Shown here: positions 20,572 to 30,759 of the stretch, piece after piece | How the letters are laid out: the number at the start of each line of letters is the position of its first letter | Position numbering within the stretch: position 1 is the stretch's first letter | Assembly (NCBI GenBank): GCA_018646625.1 | Contig: JABGUJ010000001.1 | Coordinates: 379,534 to 443,533 of the forward strand | Source: Candidatus Woesearchaeota archaeon | Lineage (GTDB): Archaea > Nanobdellota > Nanobdellia > Woesearchaeales > JABGUJ01 | DNA: 64,000 bases | Reading direction: 5' to 3' | Position numbers and translations under genes: made by a program | Notes under the pieces: generated by a model | What the model saw: the letters and a program-made list of their open reading frames with translations, nothing else | Databases searched by the model: none | What the model was told of the DNA's origin: nothing

Positions 20572-20644
20572 GCCTCTGTGGCTTAGTGGCTATAGCGGCC
20601 GCCTCGTAAGCGGCAGGTCGGGAGTTCAACTCTCCCCAGAGGCT
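20572..20644 (+). tRNA. tRNA-Thr(CGU), intronless, CCA not encoded
   Basis: Acceptor GCCTCTG/CAGAGGC; anticodon stem GCCGC/GCGGC with loop CT-CGT-AA; T arm GGGAG-TTCAACT-CTCCC; TTTAAATA upstream and a T-run downstream. Confidence 0.96.
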
Positions 20645-20648
20645 TTTT

Positions 20649-21656
20649 ATGAAAAACGACGAATTAATAGTACAGGCAAAGAAAGTATATGCAGAAAACT
20701 TTCCGTTGGAAACTTGCTTCGAGCGAGCTATTTTCTTTAGTTGGCACTGCGACATAAGGGATTGCGCATACTGTTTTATGAGCACCCAGAAAGTTGATGA
20801 CGCCAAACCAAAAGCAGTACGATCGGCTGAATCTCTATTAGCAGAACTACTAATTTGCGGAAAACTTGGTTGGGATGTTGGGTTCATTTCCGGGGGGATA
20901 GGTGCATTTGGAAAAGGTGCATTCACCGATCTATTAAAGAAAATGCACGAACTATCCGGAGAAAAGTTCTGGTTGAACATTGGCGCATTAGATAAAGAAA
21001 CTTTGAAAGAATATGCGCCATATGCTAAAGGCGTTGTTGGGAGTATAGAAACCGTTAACTCAAAACTACATAACAAAGTTTGTCCATCAAAACCAATTGA
21101 ACCTTATCTTGAAATGTTTAAAGAAGCAGAAAAACTAGGGTTAGAACGGGCAATAACAATCATACTAGGTCTTGGAGAATCTGAAGAAGACTTTGATGCT
21201 TTCAAAGAGATGATTAACACCTACAAAATTTCAAAAGTGCATCTTTACGGTTTAAACCCTCAAAAAGGAACAATCTTTGAGACGTCCAAACCACCAACCG
21301 AAGAATATCAAGCATGGTGGATTGCAAAAGCAAGAACGACATTTCCTAAATTAGACATACAATGTGGCATTTGGGAAGATCGAGTAGACAGAATTTCAAC
21401 ACTTCTTGATGCTGGCGCAAACTCAATAAGTAAATTCCCTGCCCTAAAACGGTTTGGAACCGACTTTGCAAAAGAAATAGAGAAACAGGCAGAAAAAGCA
21501 CAACGTAAATTTAATGGAACCATAACAATACTACCAGGAATAGACTGGGATGCCGAAATAAACAACTTACCTTTCGAAGACACATTCAAACTAAAGATCA
21601 AAGATAAACTCGACAAATACCTTTCTAGAATGAAGAAAAACCAAAACAAAGAATAG
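20649..21656 (+). CDS. Radical SAM protein, biotin synthase-like archaeal family; function unknown
   Basis: 'WHCDIRDCAYCFMS' (CX4CX2C), 'SGG', 'SIET', 'IILGLGE', 'GANSI'. Confidence 0.85.
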   Translation: MKNDELIVQAKKVYAENFPLETCFERAIFFSWHCDIRDCAYCFMSTQKVDDAKPKAVRSAESLLAELLICGKLGWDVGFISGGIGAFGKGAFTDLLKKMHELSGEKFWLNIGALDKETLKEYAPYAKGVVGSIETVNSKLHNKVCPSKPIEPYLEMFKEAEKLGLERAITIILGLGESEEDFDAFKEMINTYKISKVHLYGLNPQKGTIFETSKPPTEEYQAWWIAKARTTFPKLDIQCGIWEDRVDRISTLLDAGANSISKFPALKRFGTDFAKEIEKQAEKAQRKFNGTITILPGIDWDAEINNLPFEDTFKLKIKDKLDKYLSRMKKNQNKE

Positions 21657-21690
21657 TTTTATAAAATAAATTCAACACATTCTATACAAC

Positions 21691-22593
21691 ATGTTAAAAA
21701 GAGGTGTACTTGCCGTATTAGTCATACTTGTTCTTCCACTATTCGTTTTTGCAGAGGGAACTTGCGTAGAAACAGATTATGGGCCTAACTTCTATAGATT
21801 GGGTACAACAGGTTTTAGAATATCTGGTCAAGGCACACTTACTGGTGCATTTACTGATGTCTGCTCGGGAGAAATGTTATCGGAATATTATTGTGAAAAA
21901 AACGAGATTGAAATTATAACCTACACTTGCGATGATGGGTGTAAAGATGGTGCATGTATTCAAAAAGCAATGGGTGAAGCCACCTTAGAAGAGGCGACAG
22001 CCGCTGGACAACATATGGGGAAAATAACCACGCCTGAAGATGTACAACCAGAACCTGTACCTGCACCCACTCCAATTCCCCCTCCAAAGAAAGAAGAACC
22101 TATGGGAAAAATCAATCTCACACAATCACAAATAGAAACTCTTGCCAGAATAATTGAAAACGTATTTGACGAAAGCTTCATCGAAGTTTTAGAGGCATTA
22201 ACCAACGCCAACAAAGCAGGAATGATTGAAAACATAATCGAATTCTACAAAGATAAACCCGAAGCAAAAATATTTCTCATACAACTACAGGCAGAAGCGC
22301 CTAAACTGTATGTAACTCTAACAAAACTAAAAGTAGATATTACTTTAGATGAACCGACACACACAGATGTTATTGATTTTTCATCTGAAGACAAAACCGA
22401 AGTAGTAAACAACTCGTATGCGTATTTAGATTTTTCTGAATTGGGCGAATCGGATTCCGATATGAAACAAGCCACCCGAGCAGGTCTCGGAGCGCTGGTC
22501 GTTATTATCGTTGCGCTTCTTATGGTATTTTCTGTGTTCAAGAAAAGAGTGATGATTTTCTTAAGATTAGACTATCCAGATTATCTTAAATGA
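21691..22593 (+). CDS. Secreted/membrane-anchored protein with an N-terminal Cys-rich domain
   Basis: Signal peptide; 'CVETDYG...DVC...LSEYYC...C..GC.DGAC'; Pro-rich linker; C-terminal TM helix. Confidence 0.75.
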   Translation: MLKRGVLAVLVILVLPLFVFAEGTCVETDYGPNFYRLGTTGFRISGQGTLTGAFTDVCSGEMLSEYYCEKNEIEIITYTCDDGCKDGACIQKAMGEATLEEATAAGQHMGKITTPEDVQPEPVPAPTPIPPPKKEEPMGKINLTQSQIETLARIIENVFDESFIEVLEALTNANKAGMIENIIEFYKDKPEAKIFLIQLQAEAPKLYVTLTKLKVDITLDEPTHTDVIDFSSEDKTEVVNNSYAYLDFSELGESDSDMKQATRAGLGALVVIIVALLMVFSVFKKRVMIFLRLDYPDYLK

Positions 22594-22595
22594 AA

Positions 22596-23780
22596 TTATT
22601 CATATCTTAATGCATCAACAGGTTTCAACCCGGCAGCTCTTATCGCGGGTAAAGTTCCCGAGACAATACCCACAACGAACGCAAACGCTAAAGCAAATAA
22701 AACAACTTGATAATCTATAGAAATACTCAACAATGAAAAACCAGCAAGGGCAGCAATAACTTCCACCATATAAGCAATAATACTACCAACAATCACGCCA
22801 ACAACTCCCCCGGCCAACCCCATGATTCCGGACTCGAGCAAGAAAAGAGTCATTATGTCCCCATTTCTTGCACCTATTGCTTTCATAACACCAATCTCCC
22901 TTGTTCTCTCTAAAACACTAGTATACATAGCATTCATAATACCTATTGCGCCTACTAAAAGAGAAATAAACGCGATGCCAACCAAAACCATTTGCACCGC
23001 ACCTAAAATTGAATTAATCTGCTCCAACAATTGTGCAGGCGTATATATATTAAACTCATCTTCGCCAAGTTTCCTTGTAAGGCGTTTTTCAATATTTTCT
23101 TGCGCAGTTTCAATATCTACGCCCGCCCTAACTTTGGCAACAATAACATTATACTCATCTTCTCTGTCAAACAAAACCTTGGCATCATCTAAAGGAATAT
23201 AGATTCTATCATCAATATTTATCCCGGTTTTCTCAAATATTCCTATGACTTTAAACTTCTGACCATCAACAATAATACTCGTTCCCAAATGAACGGCCTT
23301 ATCAAACTGATCATGTGCAATATCATATCCAATGATCGCATTACCTTTCTCTCCAATCTTAAATGCCCGACCTTCTTCAATCTCCAAATCCATATCGGAG
23401 AAACCTTTACTCTCTAATTCCGTATCGTATGCATTTATGAAAAGATACTCTTCTTCATTACCATACTCAACAGTCGCAAACTCTAATATTATTCGATCAA
23501 TATAGTCAATATAAGGGGACTTCTCTAAATAATCTGCAACACCTGCGGGCAACGACATGTCTCCTGCAGGAGGACCTCTTAAGTTAGGGGGCAACACTCT
23601 TAAAGAATCAGTACCCATTTTTTGAAACTGTTCTGTGATTGCATTTTCCATTCCTTGACTTATAGAAATAAGGGCAACGATTGCTGTAACACCAATAATT
23701 ATACCTAATACTGTGAGCCAACTTCTAAGCTGACGATTCTTAAAACTCTTCAGTATCAGATTAAGATATTCCTTTATCAT
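22596..23780 (-). CDS. MacB/FtsX-family ABC transporter permease
   Basis: 'RSWLTVLGIIIG', 'VGAIGIMNAMYTSVLERTREIGVMKAIGA', 'PAIRAAGLKPVDALRYE'. Confidence 0.95.
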   Translation of the reverse strand: MIKEYLNLILKSFKNRQLRSWLTVLGIIIGVTAIVALISISQGMENAITEQFQKMGTDSLRVLPPNLRGPPAGDMSLPAGVADYLEKSPYIDYIDRIILEFATVEYGNEEEYLFINAYDTELESKGFSDMDLEIEEGRAFKIGEKGNAIIGYDIAHDQFDKAVHLGTSIIVDGQKFKVIGIFEKTGINIDDRIYIPLDDAKVLFDREDEYNVIVAKVRAGVDIETAQENIEKRLTRKLGEDEFNIYTPAQLLEQINSILGAVQMVLVGIAFISLLVGAIGIMNAMYTSVLERTREIGVMKAIGARNGDIMTLFLLESGIMGLAGGVVGVIVGSIIAYMVEVIAALAGFSLLSISIDYQVVLFALAFAFVVGIVSGTLPAIRAAGLKPVDALRYE

Positions 23781-24964
23781 CAGTCATACCTCAATGCATC
23801 TATTGGTTTTAACTTAGAAGCCTGCCTTGCAGGCATAGCGCCAGATAATATACCCACTATTATTGAAAACAATATTCCTAGAATTATAATGCCAAAACTC
23901 ACCTTAACTTTTAATATGCTAAATCCGCCAGCAGCCGCAGCAACACCGACGCCCTTACTTATCAAAGTGCCCAGTGCCGCACCTATCGTACCACCTACTA
24001 ATCCAATAACTCCAGACTCGAAAACGAACATCAACATTATATCTAAATTTGTTGCACCAATAGATTTCATTACACCAATCTCGTTAGTTCTTTCCAATAC
24101 ATTGGTGTACATAGAATTCATTATACCTAGTCCGCCAACCAAAAGAGATATGGCTGCTATACCCACCAACACAACTTGAATTATATCCAATATGCTTCCT
24201 AATTGATTGAGAATCTGTTCAGGTGTTTGAACTTCGAAGCTCTCTTCATCTCTTACCTTCTCTAATGTTCTTTGAATTTTCTGTGCAACTCTATCCATCT
24301 CTGCAGGATTTTTAATCACAACTTCAATCATAGTCACCGCATCAGGAGTCCCCGCTAATTCTCTCGCGGTTTCAATTGGCACAAGAATCATATTATCGTC
24401 GTCAGAATTACCTATTTCATCCATAATGCCAATAACTTTAAACTTTTTATCATTTATTTTGAGATTGGTATTTACTCGAACATCCTTCTCAAACATATCA
24501 TCAGACACCCTTATCCCTATTAGAGTAGAAGACTTTTCTCCTTCTGCTAAAAAACGACCTTCCTTCAAACTTAAGTCAAGATCGCCCCATCTCCTGTCCA
24601 TATCATCCGAAGGAACCCCAGAAATTCTTGCATTCAATGATTCTCGACCAAACTTAACAGGAACTGCAGCAATCAAATAAGGCGTAACCCATTCTAAATC
24701 AGGCAACTTCTCTAGTTTATCAACATCCTTTTGCGTTAGTCCGCTTCTAGCAGTAGGATCTCCTCCGCCAGCAGCACTAATAAAAATCCGATTAGAACCT
24801 ATCTTTTCAAATTGCTCTTCTATAGAATTTTCTAAACCTTGAGAAACAGTGATGAGCGCCACAATGGACGCAATACCAATCACTATGCCTAAAACGGTAA
24901 GCCAACTTCTAAGTTGACGGTTCCTAAGGTTCTTTAACGCAAAGCGAAGATAATCTAAGAGCAT
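23780..24964 (-). CDS. MacB/FtsX-family ABC transporter permease (paralog)
   Basis: 'RSWLTVLGIVIG', 'GIMNSMYTNVLERTNEIGVMKSIGA', 'PIDALRYD'. Confidence 0.95.
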   Translation of the reverse strand: MLLDYLRFALKNLRNRQLRSWLTVLGIVIGIASIVALITVSQGLENSIEEQFEKIGSNRIFISAAGGGDPTARSGLTQKDVDKLEKLPDLEWVTPYLIAAVPVKFGRESLNARISGVPSDDMDRRWGDLDLSLKEGRFLAEGEKSSTLIGIRVSDDMFEKDVRVNTNLKINDKKFKVIGIMDEIGNSDDDNMILVPIETARELAGTPDAVTMIEVVIKNPAEMDRVAQKIQRTLEKVRDEESFEVQTPEQILNQLGSILDIIQVVLVGIAAISLLVGGLGIMNSMYTNVLERTNEIGVMKSIGATNLDIMLMFVFESGVIGLVGGTIGAALGTLISKGVGVAAAAGGFSILKVKVSFGIIILGILFSIIVGILSGAMPARQASKLKPIDALRYD

Positions 24965-24976
24965 CTTTTCTCCAAA

Positions 24977-26245
24977 TTATTTCTTTTTGCCTGCTGATTT
25001 TCGTCTTCTGTAGAGAAGATATCCGCCTATAGCAACAACAATCAAAACTACAAAGATCCAAACATTGGAATTACCGTTGCTGATTAATCCATATTCTTTT
25101 GCTTTACTAGTTGAATAAAGATTTAATGGCAAGCTAACATCTTCTTCATAATCTTTATTGTAGCTATCTTTGAAAGTTGTTTTAAACTTCAAATCCAAAG
25201 ATTCCCCTACATCCTCGCCAACATATAAGTTAAACTCAGTAGTTTCGAAATCATCACTCTCTAAATTACCCAAATATACTTTGTTTGTTGAGATAACTTC
25301 ATATTCTGTTGAAGGAAGAATTTCTAATGTTACATAGTTTATGTCGCTAGGACCAACATTAGACATACTCAAGATTACTTCTCCATTCTGTCCAGCCACA
25401 AATACTTCACTCTCTTCCAAGTTCAATATATACTCGGGAGATCTATCAACAACCAACGACACATGAGATTCATAAGTTTTTGATTCCGATGATCCTACTT
25501 CATAGTATGTAGCTTCAACAGGAATATCGTATACTTTTGATTCTGCATCAGGACCAACTATTAACTTAAAAAGAACATTTTCTGTTTCTCCACCATTTAA
25601 TCGACTGATAACTTTTTCATTAGATGAACCAATAATAGATACGGGTAACTCATCTGTCTCCATCGAGATAACAACATCTTGCAATATTTGATTTCCTGTC
25701 GCACCAAATGCTAAATTTATCTCCATTTCTTGACCAGGGCTAACTCTGGAAGGTGTAGAAGTGATACTTTCAAGCATTAAAATTCCTGACTTTGCTTTAA
25801 CATTAATATCGAAAGGATCAACTCTCTGATACTTTGTACCATCTATCAAATATTCCAATTCTATATCATAAGTTGCTTCTGATGCATCAGGATCAACTAA
25901 AAGGTTAAAACTCAAACTTACAGAATCTTCACCTTTTTGTCTTGCTGCAATTTCGTTTATAACTCTTTTTCCAGATTCGCCAGTTGCTAATGCGAAAGGA
26001 AAATCAGGATTTAAAACGACTTCGACATTAGTCGCACCCTGTACCCCTGTATTTTGTATGTTAAAGTTAAGTTCAACCGACTGACCTGCCCACGCAGGCA
26101 AAGGATCTTGATTAATCAAAGAAAAATCTAATGATGCATAATTATACTTTACAACATTTCCGAAACCAGAAAGCTGCGCAAAAGCAAAAGGCATACACGC
26201 CAACATCAAAATAAACAACGTAACTATTTTTTTCATTTCCATCAA
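24977..26245 (-). CDS. COG1361-like S-layer-domain protein associated with the ABC exporter
   Basis: Signal peptide; repeated Ig-like units ('QDPLPAWAGQSVEL.F.IQNTG', 'P.RVSPGQ'); C-terminal TM helix plus basic tail; position between ATPase and permeases. Confidence 0.8.
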   Translation of the reverse strand: MMEMKKIVTLFILMLACMPFAFAQLSGFGNVVKYNYASLDFSLINQDPLPAWAGQSVELNFNIQNTGVQGATNVEVVLNPDFPFALATGESGKRVINEIAARQKGEDSVSLSFNLLVDPDASEATYDIELEYLIDGTKYQRVDPFDINVKAKSGILMLESITSTPSRVSPGQEMEINLAFGATGNQILQDVVISMETDELPVSIIGSSNEKVISRLNGGETENVLFKLIVGPDAESKVYDIPVEATYYEVGSSESKTYESHVSLVVDRSPEYILNLEESEVFVAGQNGEVILSMSNVGPSDINYVTLEILPSTEYEVISTNKVYLGNLESDDFETTEFNLYVGEDVGESLDLKFKTTFKDSYNKDYEEDVSLPLNLYSTSKAKEYGLISNGNSNVWIFVVLIVVAIGGYLLYRRRKSAGKKK

Positions 26246-26943
26246 CCTCTTTTTTTTCTTTTTTGTTCTATCTTACCATCAATAAGATGTTCTATTCTGT
26301 CGGCGTGCTTTGCCAACTTATCATCATGAGTTACCATAATAATCGTTTTTCCCGTTTTGTGCAATTTTTTTAAGAAAAACATAACCATCTTCCCGGTTTT
26401 ACTATCTAAGTTACCAGTTGGTTCATCTGCGAGAATAACCTCCGGATCATTAGCTAAAGATCGCGCTATCGCAACTCTTTGTTGCTGTCCTCCAGATAAT
26501 TCTGAAGGTCTGTGATCGATCCGATCTCCTAACTCAACCATTGTCAGAAGTTCTTTTGCTCTTTTTTGTCTATCTTCCGCAGTCGTACCTTGAAAAACCA
26601 TGGGCAACATTACATTCTCCATCGCAGTTAACGTTGGAATCAAATTAAACTTCTGAAATACAAAACCAATCTTTCGTCCTCTTATCTGTGCCAGGTCTGA
26701 TTCTCCCATTAAAGAAATATCTTCGCCATCTAACAGGATTTTCCCTGTACTGGGAATATCTAAACAACCCACCATGTTAACTGCGGTGCTTTTACCCGAA
26801 CCACTCGGGCCTTTGATCGCAACAAATTCATGTTTTTTAACATCTAGACTTAATCCTCTTAAGGCCTCTACCTTTACATCGCCCATCTCATATATCTTCC
26901 AGACGTTCTCTAGTTTTATTATGGATTTTTGAGTTTTTTTCAT
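26242..26943 (-). CDS. ABC transporter ATP-binding protein (LolD/MacB-type)
   Basis: [32 protein letters not shown]. Confidence 0.96.
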   Translation of the reverse strand: MKKTQKSIIKLENVWKIYEMGDVKVEALRGLSLDVKKHEFVAIKGPSGSGKSTAVNMVGCLDIPSTGKILLDGEDISLMGESDLAQIRGRKIGFVFQKFNLIPTLTAMENVMLPMVFQGTTAEDRQKRAKELLTMVELGDRIDHRPSELSGGQQQRVAIARSLANDPEVILADEPTGNLDSKTGKMVMFFLKKLHKTGKTIIMVTHDDKLAKHADRIEHLIDGKIEQKRKKRG

Positions 26944-27455
26944 TTTATTTTCTTTAACTCCTTATTAGCATCAGAAATAATTTTTTTGATCTTTTTTTCA
27001 TTACCTTTGATTTTGCCCCTTTTATATATATCAAATAGAATCTTCTTCATGTTCATTGCATCTTCTGTTGCGATTCCAAAAGGCAACTTCCTGTCTTTAA
27101 CATCATCTAAATACTGATCCGCAACATCCATATCTTTTTCAGACATACACATCCCATATACTTTAGCCAACACTCTGTGTTGTTTTTTCATCTTATCAAG
27201 AACTTCAGAACCTTGTTTTTCGATCTTACTTATTTCTCGCTTACCCGACGCAGTCAAAGAATACAGTTTCCCTCTGCCAACAGTTTTAACGCTGATCAGG
27301 CGCCGAGTCTTTAGTTTTTTCAAAGCAGGATACATAGAACCAGCACTGGGCTTCCATCCAGCTCTTGCTTCCATATCTTTCATCAAGCCATAACCTGAGT
27401 TAGAACCTAGCTTTAAGCTCTTTAGAATGACGTTTTCGAGTTTTAGTATCGGCAT
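26940..27455 (-). CDS. PadR-family transcriptional regulator
   Basis: 'SGYGLMK...WKPSAGSMYPALKKL...GRGKLYSLTASG'. Confidence 0.9.
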   Translation of the reverse strand: MPILKLENVILKSLKLGSNSGYGLMKDMEARAGWKPSAGSMYPALKKLKTRRLISVKTVGRGKLYSLTASGKREISKIEKQGSEVLDKMKKQHRVLAKVYGMCMSEKDMDVADQYLDDVKDRKLPFGIATEDAMNMKKILFDIYKRGKIKGNEKKIKKIISDANKELKKIK

Positions 27456-27475
27456 CGATATATCGGAGCCGATAT
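27447..27475. promoter_or_regulatory. Putative PadR autoregulatory operator
   Basis: Perfect palindrome CGATATATCG (27456-27465) overlapping ATATCGG-AG-CCGATAT (27460-27475); lies between the minus-strand TATA box (~27479-27487) and the padR start codon. Confidence 0.7.
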
Positions 27476-27575
27476 CCCTATATAAATCTTATCTTTAATA
27501 TCTTGCATTTACGATGTTAATTCGGGCATAACATTATTGAAAAGATTTTTAAACTACCCTCATTCAAAGAAAGAT

Positions 27576-28196
27576 ATGGCTAAAGTAAAGAAACACAAAA
27601 AACCAACACACATTAGAACAAAGAAGAAAAGCATATGGAATCCTGCTTTGGTATTAACGCTCTTAATCACGCTTGTAATGATCACAAGCATAATTGGCTT
27701 TGTATATGAGCCCGAATCTTCCTTTATCACTGACATGAATCTAAGTTTTGAAGTTGGTGAAGACAGAAAAGTAATAATCGAAGACATGGACAACAATCCA
27801 AGATTTAGATTTCTACCATCTCAAGTATCTGATTTAGAAATTGATGCAGAGTCTGAAGCGATAATAAAAAGCACACCAATGATGTACGTCACATTTGATC
27901 CTCGATTAGGGGATAAAGAAGATCTTGAATTAGCCAGATTTGAATTATCTACAGAATTTTTAAAATACTTCAACAAATACATTTCCTCGGGAATTACTAC
28001 TGAAGATCCTATGTACTCATTACCTTTAATAACTTGCGAGAATGCAACACAATCAGTACCTGTTATATTTTTCTCTAAGGGGAACGAAACTTCAGTTTCA
28101 TCTGAATCAAATTGCGTAACTTTTAACGCAAAAAGTGGAACTGAATTTTTGCGAATCAAGGATAGATTATTATACTTGATGTTAGACATTATTTAA
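27576..28196 (+). CDS. Membrane-anchored hypothetical protein (start taken at ATG 27576)
   Basis: Basic N-terminus, one TM helix, 'YVTFDP', 'PLITC', 'NCVTF'; similar to the next gene. Confidence 0.75.
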   Translation: MAKVKKHKKPTHIRTKKKSIWNPALVLTLLITLVMITSIIGFVYEPESSFITDMNLSFEVGEDRKVIIEDMDNNPRFRFLPSQVSDLEIDAESEAIIKSTPMMYVTFDPRLGDKEDLELARFELSTEFLKYFNKYISSGITTEDPMYSLPLITCENATQSVPVIFFSKGNETSVSSESNCVTFNAKSGTEFLRIKDRLLYLMLDII

Positions 28197-28201
28197 GAAA
28201 A

Positions 28202-29047
28202 ATGGCAAAGAAAGCAACTAAACCGGTAAAGGCAAAGAAAGCATCCGTTAAACCAAAGGATGATCCTATTTTATCTGAGTTAAAGAAAGCGAAGAAGAAA
28301 ATACAGGCCGAACCAAAAGAACCAGAAGTTGTAGAGCCTGTGTTCGTCGATTCATATGAAGAGCCAAAGAAAGAACCAGTTAAAGAAAAAGAAGAAAAGC
28401 TAGATGCTAGCGCTAAATTTCTAATTGCTGCATTAATATTCATTGTTGTGGTATTTGGTGTATTGTTCGGACTAAAACACATTTACACACCAGAACCACA
28501 AACATTAGATGAATTACTCTCTGGACCAATTCTTGAAGAGACAGAAAACATGTATAATTACAGAAACTTCCCCTTTGTTAAAAAAGACGGAATCTGGCAC
28601 ACTAATGTGTTGAGAAAAGGAACTAATCAAGTTTACGGAATTCAATTAAGACATGGACCCAAAGAATTAGAGCATATAAAAATAGCAGGAGATGATCCTA
28701 GACTATTGGTAGACTCACAGGAAGCCAACGCAGTATACATCTCTTTTGATCCTGAAGGAAAAGATCTTCCTTTTGTTGCGCTTGCAGTATCGGAGTTGAG
28801 TCTTAATCTTGCAAGAGCATTGGACATTACACCAATAGCCGCATGTTCTCAGAACATTACATCCGCGTGCGAAGAACGGCCAATTATATCTTGTCCTAAT
28901 GATGAGTTTCATACGATATTCATAACACATAACGAAGAACCTGAAGTTGATGTTGATCTTAATTGCATTACCATTCAAGGAAATGATGAAGAAATTGTTA
29001 TGGCCACAGAAAAACTAATTCTTAAGTGGTATGGCGTAATGGAGTGA
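28202..29047 (+). CDS. Membrane-anchored hypothetical protein, paralog of the preceding gene
   Basis: K/E-rich N-terminus, one TM helix, 'YISFDP', 'PIISC', 'NCITI'. Confidence 0.78.
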   Translation: MAKKATKPVKAKKASVKPKDDPILSELKKAKKKIQAEPKEPEVVEPVFVDSYEEPKKEPVKEKEEKLDASAKFLIAALIFIVVVFGVLFGLKHIYTPEPQTLDELLSGPILEETENMYNYRNFPFVKKDGIWHTNVLRKGTNQVYGIQLRHGPKELEHIKIAGDDPRLLVDSQEANAVYISFDPEGKDLPFVALAVSELSLNLARALDITPIAACSQNITSACEERPIISCPNDEFHTIFITHNEEPEVDVDLNCITIQGNDEEIVMATEKLILKWYGVME

Positions 29048-29052
29048 TTATA

Positions 29053-29280
29053 ATGACTGAAGAAATAACCAAAGACACTATAATAGGCGATGCAGTTTCA
29101 AAGCACCACGTTGCAGCAATGGTGATGATGAAGTACGGCCTACACTGTATTGGATGCCATGTTGCGGCTCATGAGACTATTGAACAAGGATGTAAAGGTC
29201 ACGGCATGGATGACGAAGCAATAGAAGAAATGATTGAAGAAATCAACAAAGTGATTACTGAAGAATCTGAATCTAAATAA
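29053..29280 (+). CDS. DUF1858-family protein (hybrid cluster protein-associated redox disulfide domain); start taken at ATG 29053
   Basis: 'ITKDTIIGDAV...GLHCIGCHVAAHETIEQGCKGHG'; GGAGTGA SD-like sequence upstream. Confidence 0.85.
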   Translation: MTEEITKDTIIGDAVSKHHVAAMVMMKYGLHCIGCHVAAHETIEQGCKGHGMDDEAIEEMIEEINKVITEESESK

Positions 29281-29695
29281 CTACTGCCCGAACTTCTACA
29301 TTACCTTTTTCATACGCATCTTTTGTGTTAAAAGAAAATAACTTTGCTTTTCCAGGAGATATAACTGCAGTATCGACTGGCAAATGAATTGCATAATTCT
29401 CGGAAGAATGAACTTTGACTTTTATTTTTCTGTCAAGTGAATTTTCAATGTTAATCCACTTTAAACCTTGTATGTTTGCACTGTAAGATATAATCTTTCC
29501 TGTGCTTTTAATTTCCCAATCGCTATTTTGATTATCGCTAATGTCTACACTACCCCCCGATTCCATAAAGCCAATCGTGGCTTGTCCAGTAAACATAGGA
29601 CCTCTAGATTTATGTAAGAGAACAGCTACATTCAAAAGTAAAACAACCGAAATAAACACTACCAATGTGGCCGTGCCTCTATTATTTAGTTTCAT
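29273..29695 (-). CDS. Hypothetical membrane-anchored protein
   Basis: 'NNRG' followed by a hydrophobic helix, then 'FTGQAT'; overlaps the upstream gene by 4 nt. Confidence 0.65.
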   Translation of the reverse strand: MKLNNRGTATLVVFISVVLLLNVAVLLHKSRGPMFTGQATIGFMESGGSVDISDNQNSDWEIKSTGKIISYSANIQGLKWINIENSLDRKIKVKVHSSENYAIHLPVDTAVISPGKAKLFSFNTKDAYEKGNVEVRAVVI

Positions 29696-29952
29696 ATTTG
29701 CCTACAAAAGTCAGGATCAATTGATTCCTTGTTAATGTAAATAGTGCAGCGACCGTTTTCTTCATCCTCTACAGTTGAGATTGCCTCTTTATCAAAACAA
29801 ATCTGATTGTTTGTTTCTTCTTCAAAGGTAACCATACCTGTAGTATCTTTCATACTTCCGATCTTGTTAAGACTAATTAGGGTACTCCCTAATGAGAGGA
29901 TTATCGTTACCATCAACAATCCCGAAAGTAATTTATGGTTTACTCCTGTCAT
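29692..29952 (-). CDS. Hypothetical small membrane-anchored protein
   Basis: N-terminal TM helix followed by 'TTGMVT'. Confidence 0.6.
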   Translation of the reverse strand: MTGVNHKLLSGLLMVTIILSLGSTLISLNKIGSMKDTTGMVTFEEETNNQICFDKEAISTVEDEENGRCTIYINKESIDPDFCRQI

Positions 29953-29956
29953 TTTA

Positions 29957-30181
29957 TCATTGAACCTTTATTCTTACTCCATATTTAATTTCTGGTGGTG
30001 CTTCAACTTGCATAGCACCTTTAATAGGCTCTTCACTTATTACATTTGCAGTAGGTGGCCTTACACTTTCAACAGAATCAACTACAGTCCAAGTACTTAC
30101 TAATGAAACTGCAACAGTAACTAGTAAAAGAACAATAATTGTGACCCTAGATACATCCTCACCCACTTTTTTTATCTCCAA
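29957..30181 (-). CDS. Hypothetical small membrane protein
   Basis: TM helix; minus-strand AAAGGTTTATAAAG promoter-like element at ~30210-30224. Confidence 0.6.
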   Translation of the reverse strand: MEIKKVGEDVSRVTIIVLLLVTVAVSLVSTWTVVDSVESVRPPTANVISEEPIKGAMQVEAPPEIKYGVRIKVQ

Positions 30182-30323
30182 AAAGCCTTAACTTAAGTTA
30201 GCCGACAGAGCTTTATAAACCTTTCTAATGATACGGGCTCTTGCTTTGTAATTCAACATTCTGTAGACTTTTCAGAAAAATATAAAGGGAAAATTATTAT
30301 AGTTTTAGCATCAACATTCAGTT

Positions 30324-30611
30324 ATGGATATTAAGAAAATCTTGAAGTTCATAACTTCTAAACATTTTAGACAATCTCTAAAATCTTTTCTACTATACGT
30401 GGCGTTCTTTGGGATAGTTATTCTCTTGTACATATCAGCTTCCGAATACATTTATAATAAGTTTGGAGATGCGATGCAAACCCGTGAACAAACTTCTGAA
30501 CCTACAATAGAACAAAACAGCAAGATTAAGATATCTGAAGGTCCCAAAGTACTTCCTGCGCCTAGCGGACCGACCATAAATGAATCTGGCGTAACAATTA
30601 TTGGCCCTTAG
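30324..30611 (+). CDS. Hypothetical single-pass membrane protein
   Basis: TM helix followed by a Pro-containing tail. Confidence 0.6.
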   Translation: MDIKKILKFITSKHFRQSLKSFLLYVAFFGIVILLYISASEYIYNKFGDAMQTREQTSEPTIEQNSKIKISEGPKVLPAPSGPTINESGVTIIGP

Positions 30612-30759
30612 CCCATATTTTGCTCATTACTTGAATTCTAACACTTGAGAGGCTATGTTTGCAGAAGGTGATTGTATCACTATCGAGAAATAGTAAATTT
30701 TATATACTAAATCTTATTTTAAAGGCTCATACCTAGTAATATGTTGGGGGGTAACGTTT

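Noticed and set aside
20572..20644. tRNA as an integration site for an island
   Set aside because: No integrase and no duplicated tRNA 3' end seen in the window
20218..21076. Minus-strand ORFs 20218-20472 and 20564-21076
   Set aside because: They are antisense to the Zn-finger microprotein, the tRNA and the radical SAM gene
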